The translations under genes and the position numbers were made by a program. Shown one piece after another: positions 37,834-47,906 of a DNA stretch of 64,000 nt (positions are counted from its first letter, which is position 1; every line of letters starts with the position of its first letter). The notes beneath the pieces were generated by a model. It was not told the DNA's origin. It saw only the letters and a program-made list of their open reading frames with translations, and did not search any database. This DNA comes from a virus, in the IMG/VR virus record IMGVR_UViG_3300039183_000005, positions 32,001 through 96,000 of that record. One strand, given 5' to 3'.

Positions 37834-39630
37834 ATGTCGTTAGGTAATTTGCCAGATAATAAATTATTCAGTTTAGCTCTTCACGGTTATAACGCTTATC
37901 AACCAGAATGTGGTATTTTCTGTGGTGGATATCAAGGATTAATTTATCCCAATCCAACGACACTATCTTATCCTGGTTTTGATCCATATCAGTATCTTGA
38001 ATCGATAGCTTCGGAATATACACCAGATGTACAATATACTGGACTTGATATTGGTAATCCAGGTATCGACTATAAAAATCCAGGACACATTTTGGGTTTA
38101 CTGGATACATTTGGCAGAATGTCGTATGGAATTAGTATATTACGAGCGGTTCATAACGGAAATAGCGGTGATGATGGAATTAATCCTATAGTTGCGATAA
38201 ATATTCCAATGATTGGATTAGACGAAAATACAACACTGGGTTTAGACGACATCTATCCATCTATATCGGAAGCACCAGGTGACTGGGTAAATAGTTATTT
38301 GATTCTTGCAAATGGGACAGTTACCCCTGATCCGCGACCTTTCATATCTTTTTCTGCCGGTTCTGGTCATTCACCAATATTAAACCCATTAGACGCAGAA
38401 GCATTTAATAATCTTTTCTTGAATAAAACTATTTTGTCATATTACGGAATGCCTCAATATTTTAGATCAATAATCGAAGCACTATATTCTGCTGCTGAAC
38501 CGTTAGTGAGTAAAGCAGAATTGGATTTTACACTCAATAGTCCTCACATGTTTAATAATTATGCTCATTTAACTAATTTTTTCCCGAATATCAGCTCTTT
38601 AGATAATCACGAATTGCTTCCCGGTGGATTAGCTGTTAACCAATGTAAGGTATTGACTCCATCGGAGGCTCTAAAGATTACTACAGGCTTCGACAACTAT
38701 CATGATGGCGCAGATGGCATGAACGAATATAGGTCATTAACTGAGTTAAATTCTGTTATTAATCTTGTTCCGATACAAATGATAGGCGCCACCTATTGGT
38801 TGGATGATCATACTTCCCGTGTAGTTTATCCACCAGGTGGTGGCATTGTATATGAGGTTGATGAATGGACCGGACGAAGTTTTACAGTTGCTTCATACAT
38901 GATAGTTGATTTAGTTATAAATATTAGTGATATACCCATTGATCTTGACAATCCCGATCCTGGAACAGTTACCATTGAGGGTATTGTAAAGGTAAAACCT
39001 ATTATTACTAATCCAGAGGCTTATCGTTGGAATTTTACACATAGGCCCATTCCAGACCCCGATCCTGGATGGGAATATGATTCGCCATTATCTACGTTAA
39101 TAGATGGTGCCGAAGAATCGATAAATAGACAAGTACACATAGCTATGTCAATGACCAATAAGTATACTTGGGACAGAAGTTGGCTTGGTAGTGATCAAAT
39201 TTCCAGTGGAGAAACTTTCGGAGATCAGATTGAGGACTGGACACTTGGTGGCAATAGTAATATAGGTTTTTCGCCAGCAGATACAACAATACTTGAAGTT
39301 CCGTTTTCAAAAACTTTTACTCTTTGTGCTGGATGTACTAGTGTACGAATGCGTATTTTTTGCCGTAATCAACATAAAATCGGTTATGATGGTGACCTAA
39401 TGGTTCATCCAGATTATTGGGTTCCATATTCCATGCTTTATCCAGACTGGGTTTTATTATTGCCTAATATTGGCGAATATATTACTGTATATCCACGCGG
39501 TACAATATCTACAGGCTGGGAAAATGATCCAACTGCTGTAAAAAATGCAATGGATATGTCAAATATAGAAGTATCATTTACTATGGCTGGCACTAAATTT
39601 GACCCAATTGTTTATGAGGTGTCATTGTAA
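37834..39630 (+). CDS. hypothetical virion protein
   Basis: 598 aa acidic Pro/Tyr-rich ORF in tail operon. Confidence 0.5.
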   Translation: MSLGNLPDNKLFSLALHGYNAYQPECGIFCGGYQGLIYPNPTTLSYPGFDPYQYLESIASEYTPDVQYTGLDIGNPGIDYKNPGHILGLLDTFGRMSYGISILRAVHNGNSGDDGINPIVAINIPMIGLDENTTLGLDDIYPSISEAPGDWVNSYLILANGTVTPDPRPFISFSAGSGHSPILNPLDAEAFNNLFLNKTILSYYGMPQYFRSIIEALYSAAEPLVSKAELDFTLNSPHMFNNYAHLTNFFPNISSLDNHELLPGGLAVNQCKVLTPSEALKITTGFDNYHDGADGMNEYRSLTELNSVINLVPIQMIGATYWLDDHTSRVVYPPGGGIVYEVDEWTGRSFTVASYMIVDLVINISDIPIDLDNPDPGTVTIEGIVKVKPIITNPEAYRWNFTHRPIPDPDPGWEYDSPLSTLIDGAEESINRQVHIAMSMTNKYTWDRSWLGSDQISSGETFGDQIEDWTLGGNSNIGFSPADTTILEVPFSKTFTLCAGCTSVRMRIFCRNQHKIGYDGDLMVHPDYWVPYSMLYPDWVLLLPNIGEYITVYPRGTISTGWENDPTAVKNAMDMSNIEVSFTMAGTKFDPIVYEVSL

Positions 39631-39631
39631 G

Positions 39632-39639
39632 GTGTATAA
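39632..39639 (+). promoter_or_regulatory. GTGTATAA putative late promoter
   Basis: Intergenic before GGGAGGT RBS. Confidence 0.55.
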
Positions 39640-39660
39640 AAAATAGGGAGGTAGAAAATC

Positions 39661-40296
39661 ATGGCTACATTAGCAATATATGCTGGCGAAGACACCTTGG
39701 TCTCCGCGAGTTCTGGTTTGGGATTTTTTGGGGATAATGGTTTTGGAGATGCTATAGAAATAGGTGACTATAATGGCCATACATTCGTAACAAATGCAAG
39801 TGGTACTGTACAAGGATTTGAATGTAACAATAATAAATATGATGGTGCTTCTGGTGTTATTTATGGACAAGAAGGTTCTGGAATGGCTTTAAGGCAATTG
39901 CCAAATGAATTAGCTACCGTAAATGTACGATTCACTCACAATTCGGCAGTATATTGCCAGGAAGCCAGACTGTGGGTATTTGATGGAAGTTTTACGGGGG
40001 CATTAGCAAATAAAGAAACACCAGCAGAAAACCTTATTTTTTATGTCGCCGAGATACGCCATCCAAATAATTTACAAACAATAACCAGTCTTTATTCGGA
40101 TGCATCTTGGTCAAATGTAATCGCATCTGGTTCTAATTATATAGCATTAGTTAATTCTCCAGGTCTAAATGGCATTCGCCAGGGAGGTTTTGAGCAATTA
40201 AGCACTCAACATGATTGGTATGTTGCTATGACATGTACTCCAACACAATTAGGAGATAAATCCTTCGGAATGACATTTGAAATCGAATACCTATAG
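39661..40296 (+). CDS. putative virion protein, paralog of 43892..44533
   Basis: SSGLGFFG, N(V/I)RFT..SAV, HDWYV, terminal EYL shared. Confidence 0.65.
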   Translation: MATLAIYAGEDTLVSASSGLGFFGDNGFGDAIEIGDYNGHTFVTNASGTVQGFECNNNKYDGASGVIYGQEGSGMALRQLPNELATVNVRFTHNSAVYCQEARLWVFDGSFTGALANKETPAENLIFYVAEIRHPNNLQTITSLYSDASWSNVIASGSNYIALVNSPGLNGIRQGGFEQLSTQHDWYVAMTCTPTQLGDKSFGMTFEIEYL

Positions 40297-40307
40297 GAGT
40301 TTAAATT

Positions 40308-43300
40308 ATGCGCATGTATACATTACATTATCCACCAGGTCTCATCCATCGTAGTCAGGTGTGTAGTGATTTAGCTCAAGGTAATATGCCATATAAAATT
40401 GATGGATTTGATAATGGTAATGGTAGAATTGGTCTTAACTTTCTGGGTGCTGATAATGCTCGCATAGTATCTAACAAAGAAATTGCTGATAATTATGATG
40501 TGAAAGGCGGACATGGAGAGTATTGTCTGGAAATAAAATCTGTTGATTTGATTGATTCACCTCAATATGCATTTTATTTACCACTTGGTGGATATGGTGG
40601 TACTATTGATGATATTGATGGTTTCTATCTAAAGTTTGATTTTATGTATACCAATACTAGTTCGGGAATAGTTATACAGTTTAACCGAGCTTATGTTGAC
40701 AATGTTTCAAGAGAATTTTCAATATATTTAGAAAATGGATATTTAACTGTCGCTGGATGCAAACATATCCATCCCAACCCAACAGATTCAGAACCTCCCA
40801 CATACAGACGAGATTCATGGATTTCTAGAGAAGATGGAAAATTAGGAACCATTTATATTGCCCCAGACAAATGGCATGAAATTCAGATGTTCATACAACC
40901 ACGAAAAGGGTGGGACGTAAGTGACGTTGGCCCAACACCAGGACCAATTGGTTACTATGCAGTTAATCCATTTGTTACATTTTTTGAGCGATATGAACAG
41001 GCTCCTGCTGCTATTCCTACCATAGCTAGTTCTGAAGCTTTGGGTAGTAGTGGTCTGTATGGTCTCAGGTTAAATTCATGGCCAGCCGATGGTCAACCAA
41101 TGTATCCTAATACTATGTTGCCAGGACAAGATCAGTCTGCTTGGCCACCAGAAAATTATGCTAGTGGACAATACTTCTATGCAGAAGAATTAGGTATGGT
41201 TTACATATGGGTAAATGGTAAACTTGATATTCAACATACCACTAACATGGTTAATGAAAGAGATGGTGAATATTTCGATAGTCATTTGCGGATATATCCT
41301 GGCTACTCCATAACTGGTAATGATGGTCGTTTCTTTTTCAATAATATTATACTTAATGATTTTCGTGATCCCTCTGGTTCATATCCTTCTAAAATATTTG
41401 ATCCATTATACTCAAACCATTCTGGTTTAGAATGGAATCCTGGATATAAATTAAAATTTACGGCCATTGAACTAGATACTGATTATTGGAGAGATGATTC
41501 TTTTGGTAGCTATTATGGCAGGAAACATAATACTTGGATGCCAGATTATCCCAGAGGTGCTTTGGTCCCAAGTGGAAATCCATATTTTGTTGACGCCCCA
41601 AATCGATTTGGTGCGCCTACAGATCGTATGATTCCACACGGAACTAAATTAACGTGTGTTCAAGTTGCCTTTGATGGTGAAATACAAGACTTTAAGTCAA
41701 ACAAAGGAAATAGTGGATGGCATACAGATTATCCACATCAAAATTATCATTACCAATTAGTACAGCCACAAGATAGTCAGCCCCTATCTAGTGCCAGCGA
41801 TAGACCTAGCTTAGAGGTACAAGCACAGGGCGATGTAGAACTATTTTATTTGAAACGCCCACTTTCTGTGTCTGGCGAACAACCATTGGCTGGTGGTTAT
41901 TTCGGCATGAATGGACCAAAAGATTATGCGCCAATAATTTATCCAGAATTAGGCGATACTGAATTGCCAACTATTTATCGTGTATGGACGTGTATTTGGG
42001 ATCACAATACCAGCCCACATACTCCAAAAGACCAAATGCATCATATGATTCGTGTACCGTCTGGTGTTAGTGGGCATGTTGATTATATATCTGACAATCC
42101 AACTGCTGGTACTAGGCTATGGTCTTCATATCCAAGCGGAAGTGCTGCTTTCACTGATGGCTTTTCAATGGCAGATTGGCCATACAATCCAATTACTGGT
42201 AATCCATGGACGTGGGATGATTTAGAAACACTTCAGATAGGTGCTTCTAGCGTCGTTCATAATATATTAAATAATCAATATCTTATAACTATCTATCTAT
42301 TAATTGAACATGCTAGTCATATTGATCCAAATATTAGTATTCTTGGAGATAATCTTCTGGAAGATAATGTTGCCGATGATATTCCATTTTTTATGCAAAC
42401 GAAAGAAATGTATCGTCCTGGGTGGAGATTATGGGAAGAGGGTATCAATCGTACATATTACAATAAATGGAATATTAGTCCAATATTCCAAATAAAAAGA
42501 ACTGATCGTCAATCAACAGATGGTCAAGCAACTATTATTAATCCTGTATACAGCGGTGTTATAGAATATGATTACAAAATACGATATATCAACGGAGAAA
42601 TTATACAGGGTGAAAATTATCGTCGTTTTGACGAACATTTTAACCAGGTTTGGGTCTATACCATTGATGGAATGACTCCATCAGAAACAATTCAACCTAG
42701 ATTACCGATGAGACAAGAAGTTATTACAGATGCCAGTGGAAATTATTTTTCTTATCTTGGTCATCCTGTTCTAGAATGGAATACTAAGCGATATCCAACG
42801 GATAGCAATTTATCTCCACTGGATTATTTTCCATATATTGTGTACGACTATAATACTATTTATGTAATTCCTTTGTCTGCACATAATATCTCAGATACTA
42901 TCGACCCCAACGATATTTATCGTACATGGACTGATGCAACATCAAGACCAAGTAATAGTGGCAATTGGACTATCAATAAACAACAAAATGTATTTAATTT
43001 TGCTATTAATCGAGATAGTTATTTTCATCCATTTAGCCCATCTGCTGTTGCTAATCATGCATTGACACATCCAAATGAAACTTTAGATTATACATTTCCA
43101 GAATCACGAAGCGGTCACGATTATTATTTTCAGGCGCCAAACTTGCCTTCTGGTTCAGTATCTCAATCCATATTGCTTACAGATAAGCTTGGTATTCCAG
43201 AAGAAGCTATTGATCATGGTTTATATAATTTCCACATGGGATTATATCAGACTACGGCGAATCAAGCCATCAACGATACGGGAGAGGGAAAATTTGATTT

Positions 43301-43802
43301 TTATAGTGGCGATCCAGGAATAGATACTCATATATCTGGATATACATTCGGGCAAGACGCAACAGTAGGGTGGCATCTTAATGAAACATCCGGTTCCTTA
43401 CCGTCTGGAACACGACAAGTTGTATTTACATTTAATGCCATTAGGAATACTGATGATGGCAAAAAATCTCCTGGCGGGACACTTGGTGGTACTTCAAATT
43501 TTGCTTCTTTTGATGAACCATTTTTTGTACTTAATTTAGCTTCTGATGTTGCTACTTATTCACATCATCCAGCGGATGTAAATCAAGATAATAGAATAAA
43601 TAACGTGGAATTAGCTAATTATATTTCTCAATGGCAAAACGGTGCATTATCCATTGGAGAAATGAAAAAATATCTCACAAAGGCTGAAGAAATTTGGCAA
43701 CATGGTCCAACCACTTTATTTAATGAACCATCTGGTGGTCTATATATTGATGCCGATGATGGACCAAATCCAGAAAATTGGGAACCTTCTGGATATGTGT
43801 AA
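40308..43802 (+). CDS. large virion/receptor-binding protein with C-terminal EF-hand/dockerin-like motif
   Basis: 1164 aa; lectin-like N-terminal strands (DKWHEIQM, IWVNGKLD); HPADVNQDNRINNVEL; 22 SG dipeptides. Confidence 0.55.
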   Translation: MRMYTLHYPPGLIHRSQVCSDLAQGNMPYKIDGFDNGNGRIGLNFLGADNARIVSNKEIADNYDVKGGHGEYCLEIKSVDLIDSPQYAFYLPLGGYGGTIDDIDGFYLKFDFMYTNTSSGIVIQFNRAYVDNVSREFSIYLENGYLTVAGCKHIHPNPTDSEPPTYRRDSWISREDGKLGTIYIAPDKWHEIQMFIQPRKGWDVSDVGPTPGPIGYYAVNPFVTFFERYEQAPAAIPTIASSEALGSSGLYGLRLNSWPADGQPMYPNTMLPGQDQSAWPPENYASGQYFYAEELGMVYIWVNGKLDIQHTTNMVNERDGEYFDSHLRIYPGYSITGNDGRFFFNNIILNDFRDPSGSYPSKIFDPLYSNHSGLEWNPGYKLKFTAIELDTDYWRDDSFGSYYGRKHNTWMPDYPRGALVPSGNPYFVDAPNRFGAPTDRMIPHGTKLTCVQVAFDGEIQDFKSNKGNSGWHTDYPHQNYHYQLVQPQDSQPLSSASDRPSLEVQAQGDVELFYLKRPLSVSGEQPLAGGYFGMNGPKDYAPIIYPELGDTELPTIYRVWTCIWDHNTSPHTPKDQMHHMIRVPSGVSGHVDYISDNPTAGTRLWSSYPSGSAAFTDGFSMADWPYNPITGNPWTWDDLETLQIGASSVVHNILNNQYLITIYLLIEHASHIDPNISILGDNLLEDNVADDIPFFMQTKEMYRPGWRLWEEGINRTYYNKWNISPIFQIKRTDRQSTDGQATIINPVYSGVIEYDYKIRYINGEIIQGENYRRFDEHFNQVWVYTIDGMTPSETIQPRLPMRQEVITDASGNYFSYLGHPVLEWNTKRYPTDSNLSPLDYFPYIVYDYNTIYVIPLSAHNISDTIDPNDIYRTWTDATSRPSNSGNWTINKQQNVFNFAINRDSYFHPFSPSAVANHALTHPNETLDYTFPESRSGHDYYFQAPNLPSGSVSQSILLTDKLGIPEEAIDHGLYNFHMGLYQTTANQAINDTGEGKFDFYSGDPGIDTHISGYTFGQDATVGWHLNETSGSLPSGTRQVVFTFNAIRNTDDGKKSPGGTLGGTSNFASFDEPFFVLNLASDVATYSHHPADVNQDNRINNVELANYISQWQNGALSIGEMKKYLTKAEEIWQHGPTTLFNEPSGGLYIDADDGPNPENWEPSGYV

Positions 43803-43842
43803 GAAATTAAGTATCACTTAAATATGATTTTGTGTGATATTG

Positions 43843-43850
43843 GTGTATAA
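43843..43850 (+). promoter_or_regulatory. GTGTATAA putative late promoter
   Basis: Intergenic before AAGGAGGTGA RBS. Confidence 0.6.
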
Positions 43851-43891
43851 TATAGTGATAAAATATATGTTTTAGAAAGGAGGTGAAAGAT

Positions 43892-44533
43892 ATGGCAGCA
43901 GCGATTGATTTCTATGCAGGGCAAGGTGGTGGAACATGGGTAGACCTAAATTCGTCTGGTCTAGGCTTTTTCGGTGCATCATTTGGGACTTCGGTTCAAG
44001 TCGGGGAGTATCAAGATAGTACCTATATTAGCGCGAGTGATGGTAGTGCCCCAGCAGGTCCAGAAGCTACTAACTGCAAGTATGATACCGTGACTTCCGG
44101 TGTAATTATCGATGGTGCTGCGGCAATAGTGCCGTCAGCGGTAGTGATTAACTCCGGTACACTGAATATCCGTTTCACATTTGATTCAGCAGTTAAGACT
44201 CAAAACTGTGAACTTCGCATTTTTGATAGAGTTAGTATTACCAATGGGGCTGAAGGTGTAACGACTCAAGTGCTTCAGGTGTGCAATGGTGGTTCTGGTG
44301 TTAGTTCTAGCGGTACCGCACTCGCACCAGCCAGTCACCCAGGTTGGGTAGCTCCATCTGGTTCTGGTGTTACTGTTCCGCTTCTAAGCAGCGCTGGTAG
44401 TGGTGGTCTAAGTCCATCTGGAACGGATACTCAGGATACACGACACGACTGGTACGTTTGTCTTTCTGCTAGTCCGTTGAGTATTGGGTCTAAAGAGGCG
44501 TTCGGACTCTATGTGCAACTTGAGTATTTGTAA
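43892..44533 (+). CDS. putative abundant virion protein, paralog of 39661..40296
   Basis: Very strong RBS, own promoter and terminator-like hairpin; 9 SG dipeptides. Confidence 0.65.
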   Translation: MAAAIDFYAGQGGGTWVDLNSSGLGFFGASFGTSVQVGEYQDSTYISASDGSAPAGPEATNCKYDTVTSGVIIDGAAAIVPSAVVINSGTLNIRFTFDSAVKTQNCELRIFDRVSITNGAEGVTTQVLQVCNGGSGVSSSGTALAPASHPGWVAPSGSGVTVPLLSSAGSGGLSPSGTDTQDTRHDWYVCLSASPLSIGSKEAFGLYVQLEYL

Positions 44534-44556
44534 ACTATTGTAACATAAGAACTTAT

Positions 44557-44603
44557 GGGAGGATATTGGTTGACCCGACGATCATAGTCCTCCCTTTTCT
44601 TTT
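44557..44603 (+). terminator. terminator-like hairpin
   Basis: GGGAGGA...TCCTCCC-TTTTCTTT with imperfect inner stem. Confidence 0.5.
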
Positions 44604-44656
44604 GGGGATATAATAGGACACGAAGACTAATATATCGATATTTTTGAAAGTATTTT

Positions 44657-44971
44657 ATGTGGCAAAAAGAAATAGGATTGGATGGAGAGGTTTACGATTC
44701 AAAATCGGAAGCTAATGTAGCAGATTGGTTTTTTTTAAATGACATTACATATGAGCCTCACAAACGACTTCCGAAGCCAAGTCGTAGCATTTGTGATTTT
44801 TATTTACCGGATTATGATTTATGGGTTGAATATGATGGTTTGATGGAAGTTCGTTCAGATGACAAACTAAATAGAAAAAGTATATTCTATAAGAAACATG
44901 GCCTGAAATTTTTAATCATTACAAGGAACAATTGGCAGAGAGACTTGTTGGAACGGATAGAATTGGGATAA
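44657..44971 (+). CDS. small PD-(D/E)xK-like endonuclease
   Basis: YDSKSEANVADW...CDFYLPDYDLWVEYDG. Confidence 0.7.
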   Translation: MWQKEIGLDGEVYDSKSEANVADWFFLNDITYEPHKRLPKPSRSICDFYLPDYDLWVEYDGLMEVRSDDKLNRKSIFYKKHGLKFLIITRNNWQRDLLERIELG

Positions 44972-44975
44972 TAAA

Positions 44976-45326
44976 ATGACAAAGAAACAGCAGACCTTAT
45001 ATGCAGTAATTAGTTTGTTGGTAGGTATTTTCGGAGGCGTAATTGGGACAGCATTTTGCATGGGTGCAGAAAAACAACGTATTCAAGATTCTATTATGGC
45101 AACAAATGTCCGTATTACTAATGTGGAAGAAAAACAAAATATTTCTAAGACGAATGCCGAAAAAGAGATAAATCACTATGTAGAAGTAATAGCAGCCAAC
45201 ATGACTCAATTACAAGAAAATATAATCAGATTAAATATCATAGTCGGGAATTTACGAACAGATGTTCAAGTATTAAAGGCGTTAATGGAACGAATGGAAG
45301 ATTATCTGAAAATTATAAAAGATTAA
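44976..45326 (+). CDS. membrane-anchored coiled-coil protein (holin/spanin-like, uncertain)
   Basis: Single N-terminal TM then heptad-like helix. Confidence 0.45.
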   Translation: MTKKQQTLYAVISLLVGIFGGVIGTAFCMGAEKQRIQDSIMATNVRITNVEEKQNISKTNAEKEINHYVEVIAANMTQLQENIIRLNIIVGNLRTDVQVLKALMERMEDYLKIIKD

Positions 45327-45328
45327 TT

Positions 45329-45802
45329 TTAACGCCATTGATATATAATTTCTATAGCATGACGCAATAGTGTACCAAGCACACATGCCTCCCCATTACT
45401 AATAGTATGTTGTACTACCGTTTTCTCTTCTCCCCTTTTGACACTTAAATAGATACGAAGTCTTCCGTGTTCATCTTTTGCAAAATATAACACAGCGTTA
45501 CCATTTTGATTTGAATGGAATAAACCCTTGTGTTTTTTCTTGCTATTATCGAATGGTCCTACTCCATTTTGCAATCCCACCAAAACTGCTAAGAGTTCGC
45601 CAATATCGGAATCTCCCAGTTTAAATCTGATTTTGTTTTCCCATGAAAATTTAGCATTGCCTTTAGTATCTTTCTCGGCCTGATTTGCCATCTCCAAGAA
45701 AACGCAATCTTTCTTTGAGCTTAGAGACCATTGGCTAGCCGCTCCATTTCCATCATTTTTAGCCTTATATAATATAAAATTTTCAGGAAATTCTTTTGCC
45801 AT
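45329..45802 (-). CDS. Whirly/PC4-like ssDNA-binding protein (putative)
   Basis: YKA...GAA, FSWENKIRFKLGDSDIGELL, GLFH resemble Whirly fold. Confidence 0.5.
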   Translation of the reverse strand: MAKEFPENFILYKAKNDGNGAASQWSLSSKKDCVFLEMANQAEKDTKGNAKFSWENKIRFKLGDSDIGELLAVLVGLQNGVGPFDNSKKKHKGLFHSNQNGNAVLYFAKDEHGRLRIYLSVKRGEEKTVVQHTISNGEACVLGTLLRHAIEIIYQWR

Positions 45803-46428
45803 TATTTTTTCCTTTCTACTGGTGTTGTTAAAGACTTTTCTACTGACCACTTACGACGAATACGACCTTTTAGAACATTGATAGGAATTCCGGTTTCTTC
45901 ACTCCATTCGACTAGAAGCTGTGTTCTATTATTATACGTTAAGTAATGATTATCTCTTCTATTCCTTGCTTGTTCTTTTTTTGTTGCCCATCGACAATTT
46001 TCTTTGCAATAATTGCCATTATTATTTATTCGATCAATTGAATGATTTTTAGTTGGACGCTCCCCAATATCATTGAGAAAATTTATAAATTTCGTCCAAT
46101 GCTTACAAACCTTAATGCCTCGACCACCATATAGATAATAATTCCTAGCATTTGGATCATTGCATCGTTGAATCATTGCCTCCCAAGACTGATAAGTTTT
46201 GTTATTTTGACTTCTGCCATGTATTGTGAAACGTTTTGATGCTTCTTTTTTCTGTACACATCCACAACTTTTAGTATGTCCACTTTTAAGATTGGAATTA
46301 AGGACAATTATTTCACTTTTATCTATACAGTTACATCTGCATAACCAACGAGTATGTCCCCATTTATTCTTCCCAACCTGTTTTATTACTTCAAGCCTTC
46401 CAAATTTTTGTCCCACTAGATCAATCAC
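45802..46428 (-). CDS. HNH homing endonuclease
   Basis: DLVGQKFGRL, WLCRCNC, KSCGC, YGGRGIKVC, SIDRINNNGNYCKENCRWAT. Confidence 0.9.
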   Translation of the reverse strand: MIDLVGQKFGRLEVIKQVGKNKWGHTRWLCRCNCIDKSEIIVLNSNLKSGHTKSCGCVQKKEASKRFTIHGRSQNNKTYQSWEAMIQRCNDPNARNYYLYGGRGIKVCKHWTKFINFLNDIGERPTKNHSIDRINNNGNYCKENCRWATKKEQARNRRDNHYLTYNNRTQLLVEWSEETGIPINVLKGRIRRKWSVEKSLTTPVERKK

Positions 46429-47326
46429 TTTTTGAAGTTCCTTCTTTCATCTTCCGCATTTCAGTAGCAGTAGCAAGTGCATCTTCGTACGTTAATGATT
46501 GTAGGTTGACATCACCTGTTTTCTCATTTAGCTTGTAGTCAATTCCAAGTTTATTTAATACTTCTGCAATATCAAAACCATGGCGTTCTGATATCAGCCT
46601 AATCATACTGATTTGACTTGTGTGAATTGGACCGCCCTTTTGAATATCAGATGCCGTTGCTACCGTTTTATTAACTTCCTCGGCAGAAACAGTTTTCTTT
46701 AGACACAGGGCATTTCGAAATACCCGCCCCTTTGCCCGAGTATCCGCCATGGCCACCAAATATGTCGCATAATCTTCTAAACAATTTTCGCTATGTGCAT
46801 CGGCCAATGCTTCAAATCTTTTTTCTCTTCCTTCTGGTGTTAGAAATACGCACCACGCTTTTGCACATGCGCGAAATCTATTTTCTTCGGTTGGAACAGC
46901 ATCGAGATTACATCCTTCCTCTATTATTTCTCCCACCAATTTCCCAGCAACACGCCTAAGTCCTTCTACCCGTGGATTTTGACCGTCCATCTCGTCATCT
47001 AAAAATTTTCCGAGAACATATTGTGTCCATCCAGGATCATTTGGCGTTGGCGGATCAATCTCTTCTGGATTATTGTCGCTATAATGGTCGTTCTCCAAAT
47101 TTAATTCTACTGCCACACCAACATCATCATCTTCTTTTGCTTCAGTAAGCACCTCCAATCCCAGTTCACCCTGTTTATGCGCTTGAAGTTTTTCTAATAA
47201 TGCCGGTCTTTTGAGACTCTTGCCTTGTGCGTCTAGCAGTTGTTCCTCAGTATATCCAGCGCTAAGAAGTGCTTCTTTAAGTTCTAATTTACCCATCCTT
47301 GTCGGTGGTTTCAATTCTGTCTGCAT
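46421..47326 (-). CDS. Rad52/Sak-like single-strand annealing protein (putative)
   Basis: LVAMADTRAKGRVFRNAL...SAEE motif; N-terminal SAP/HeH-like helices. Confidence 0.55.
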   Translation of the reverse strand: MQTELKPPTRMGKLELKEALLSAGYTEEQLLDAQGKSLKRPALLEKLQAHKQGELGLEVLTEAKEDDDVGVAVELNLENDHYSDNNPEEIDPPTPNDPGWTQYVLGKFLDDEMDGQNPRVEGLRRVAGKLVGEIIEEGCNLDAVPTEENRFRACAKAWCVFLTPEGREKRFEALADAHSENCLEDYATYLVAMADTRAKGRVFRNALCLKKTVSAEEVNKTVATASDIQKGGPIHTSQISMIRLISERHGFDIAEVLNKLGIDYKLNEKTGDVNLQSLTYEDALATATEMRKMKEGTSKSD

Positions 47327-47906
47327 TTTTCATCTCCGTTAATACGAATTTCGTAAGTTTTTCTGCGTTACAATCTGATATAACATCATCACATATTTTG
47401 ATTTTAAATTCATTTTCAATTAATTCTTTGTGTGATTCATGTCTAGCAATGATTCTAACTCTCTGGTCGCAAAAAGCAGAAAGTAAATCACTTGATTCGA
47501 TGTGCGGTTTATCAATAAATTCAGGATCAAAAGCATAATGATAAACTAAAGATGCATTACTTGCCAAAGCTTCAATTGTGGTACCAATACTAGTGGTTAT
47601 CAGCGGATAATGATGCCACCTTATCAATTCAGACATACCAAAAATTGGACAAAGAGGTGGTAAACACGGTGGAATAAGATGTTGTGTAAAAATACATATA
47701 TCCAAACCAGCATAAGTGCGACACAATAAATTTATACTGTTAAGTCCCAAATATGTTAAATGTGATACGGCTAAGTGATTAAACACAAAGCCTACGACTG
47801 CTCTATCATCATTCAATTTTAAACCAAATTTTGCCATTTCTTTCGATGCTTGTTTCTTGCGATTAACGGCTTCTTTGTGTTTTGTGTTTTTTTGTTTTTT
47901 AGCCAC
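47289..47906 (-). CDS. hypothetical protein, possibly degenerate GT-B domain
   Basis: Rossmann-like alpha/beta pattern, IIARHESH; glycan cluster context. Confidence 0.4.
   Translation of the reverse strand: MAKKQKNTKHKEAVNRKKQASKEMAKFGLKLNDDRAVVGFVFNHLAVSHLTYLGLNSINLLCRTYAGLDICIFTQHLIPPCLPPLCPIFGMSELIRWHHYPLITTSIGTTIEALASNASLVYHYAFDPEFIDKPHIESSDLLSAFCDQRVRIIARHESHKELIENEFKIKICDDVISDCNAEKLTKFVLTEMKNADRIETTDKDG

Noticed and set aside
88-44533. Contractile tail sheath or capsid/terminase genes
   Set aside because: No recognisable sheath, capsid, portal or terminase motifs in the window; morphology cannot be fixed from this fragment
45931-45937. ACGTATAAT on the - strand inside the HNH gene
   Set aside because: No GRAACA at the fixed spacing and it lies in coding sequence; likely incidental
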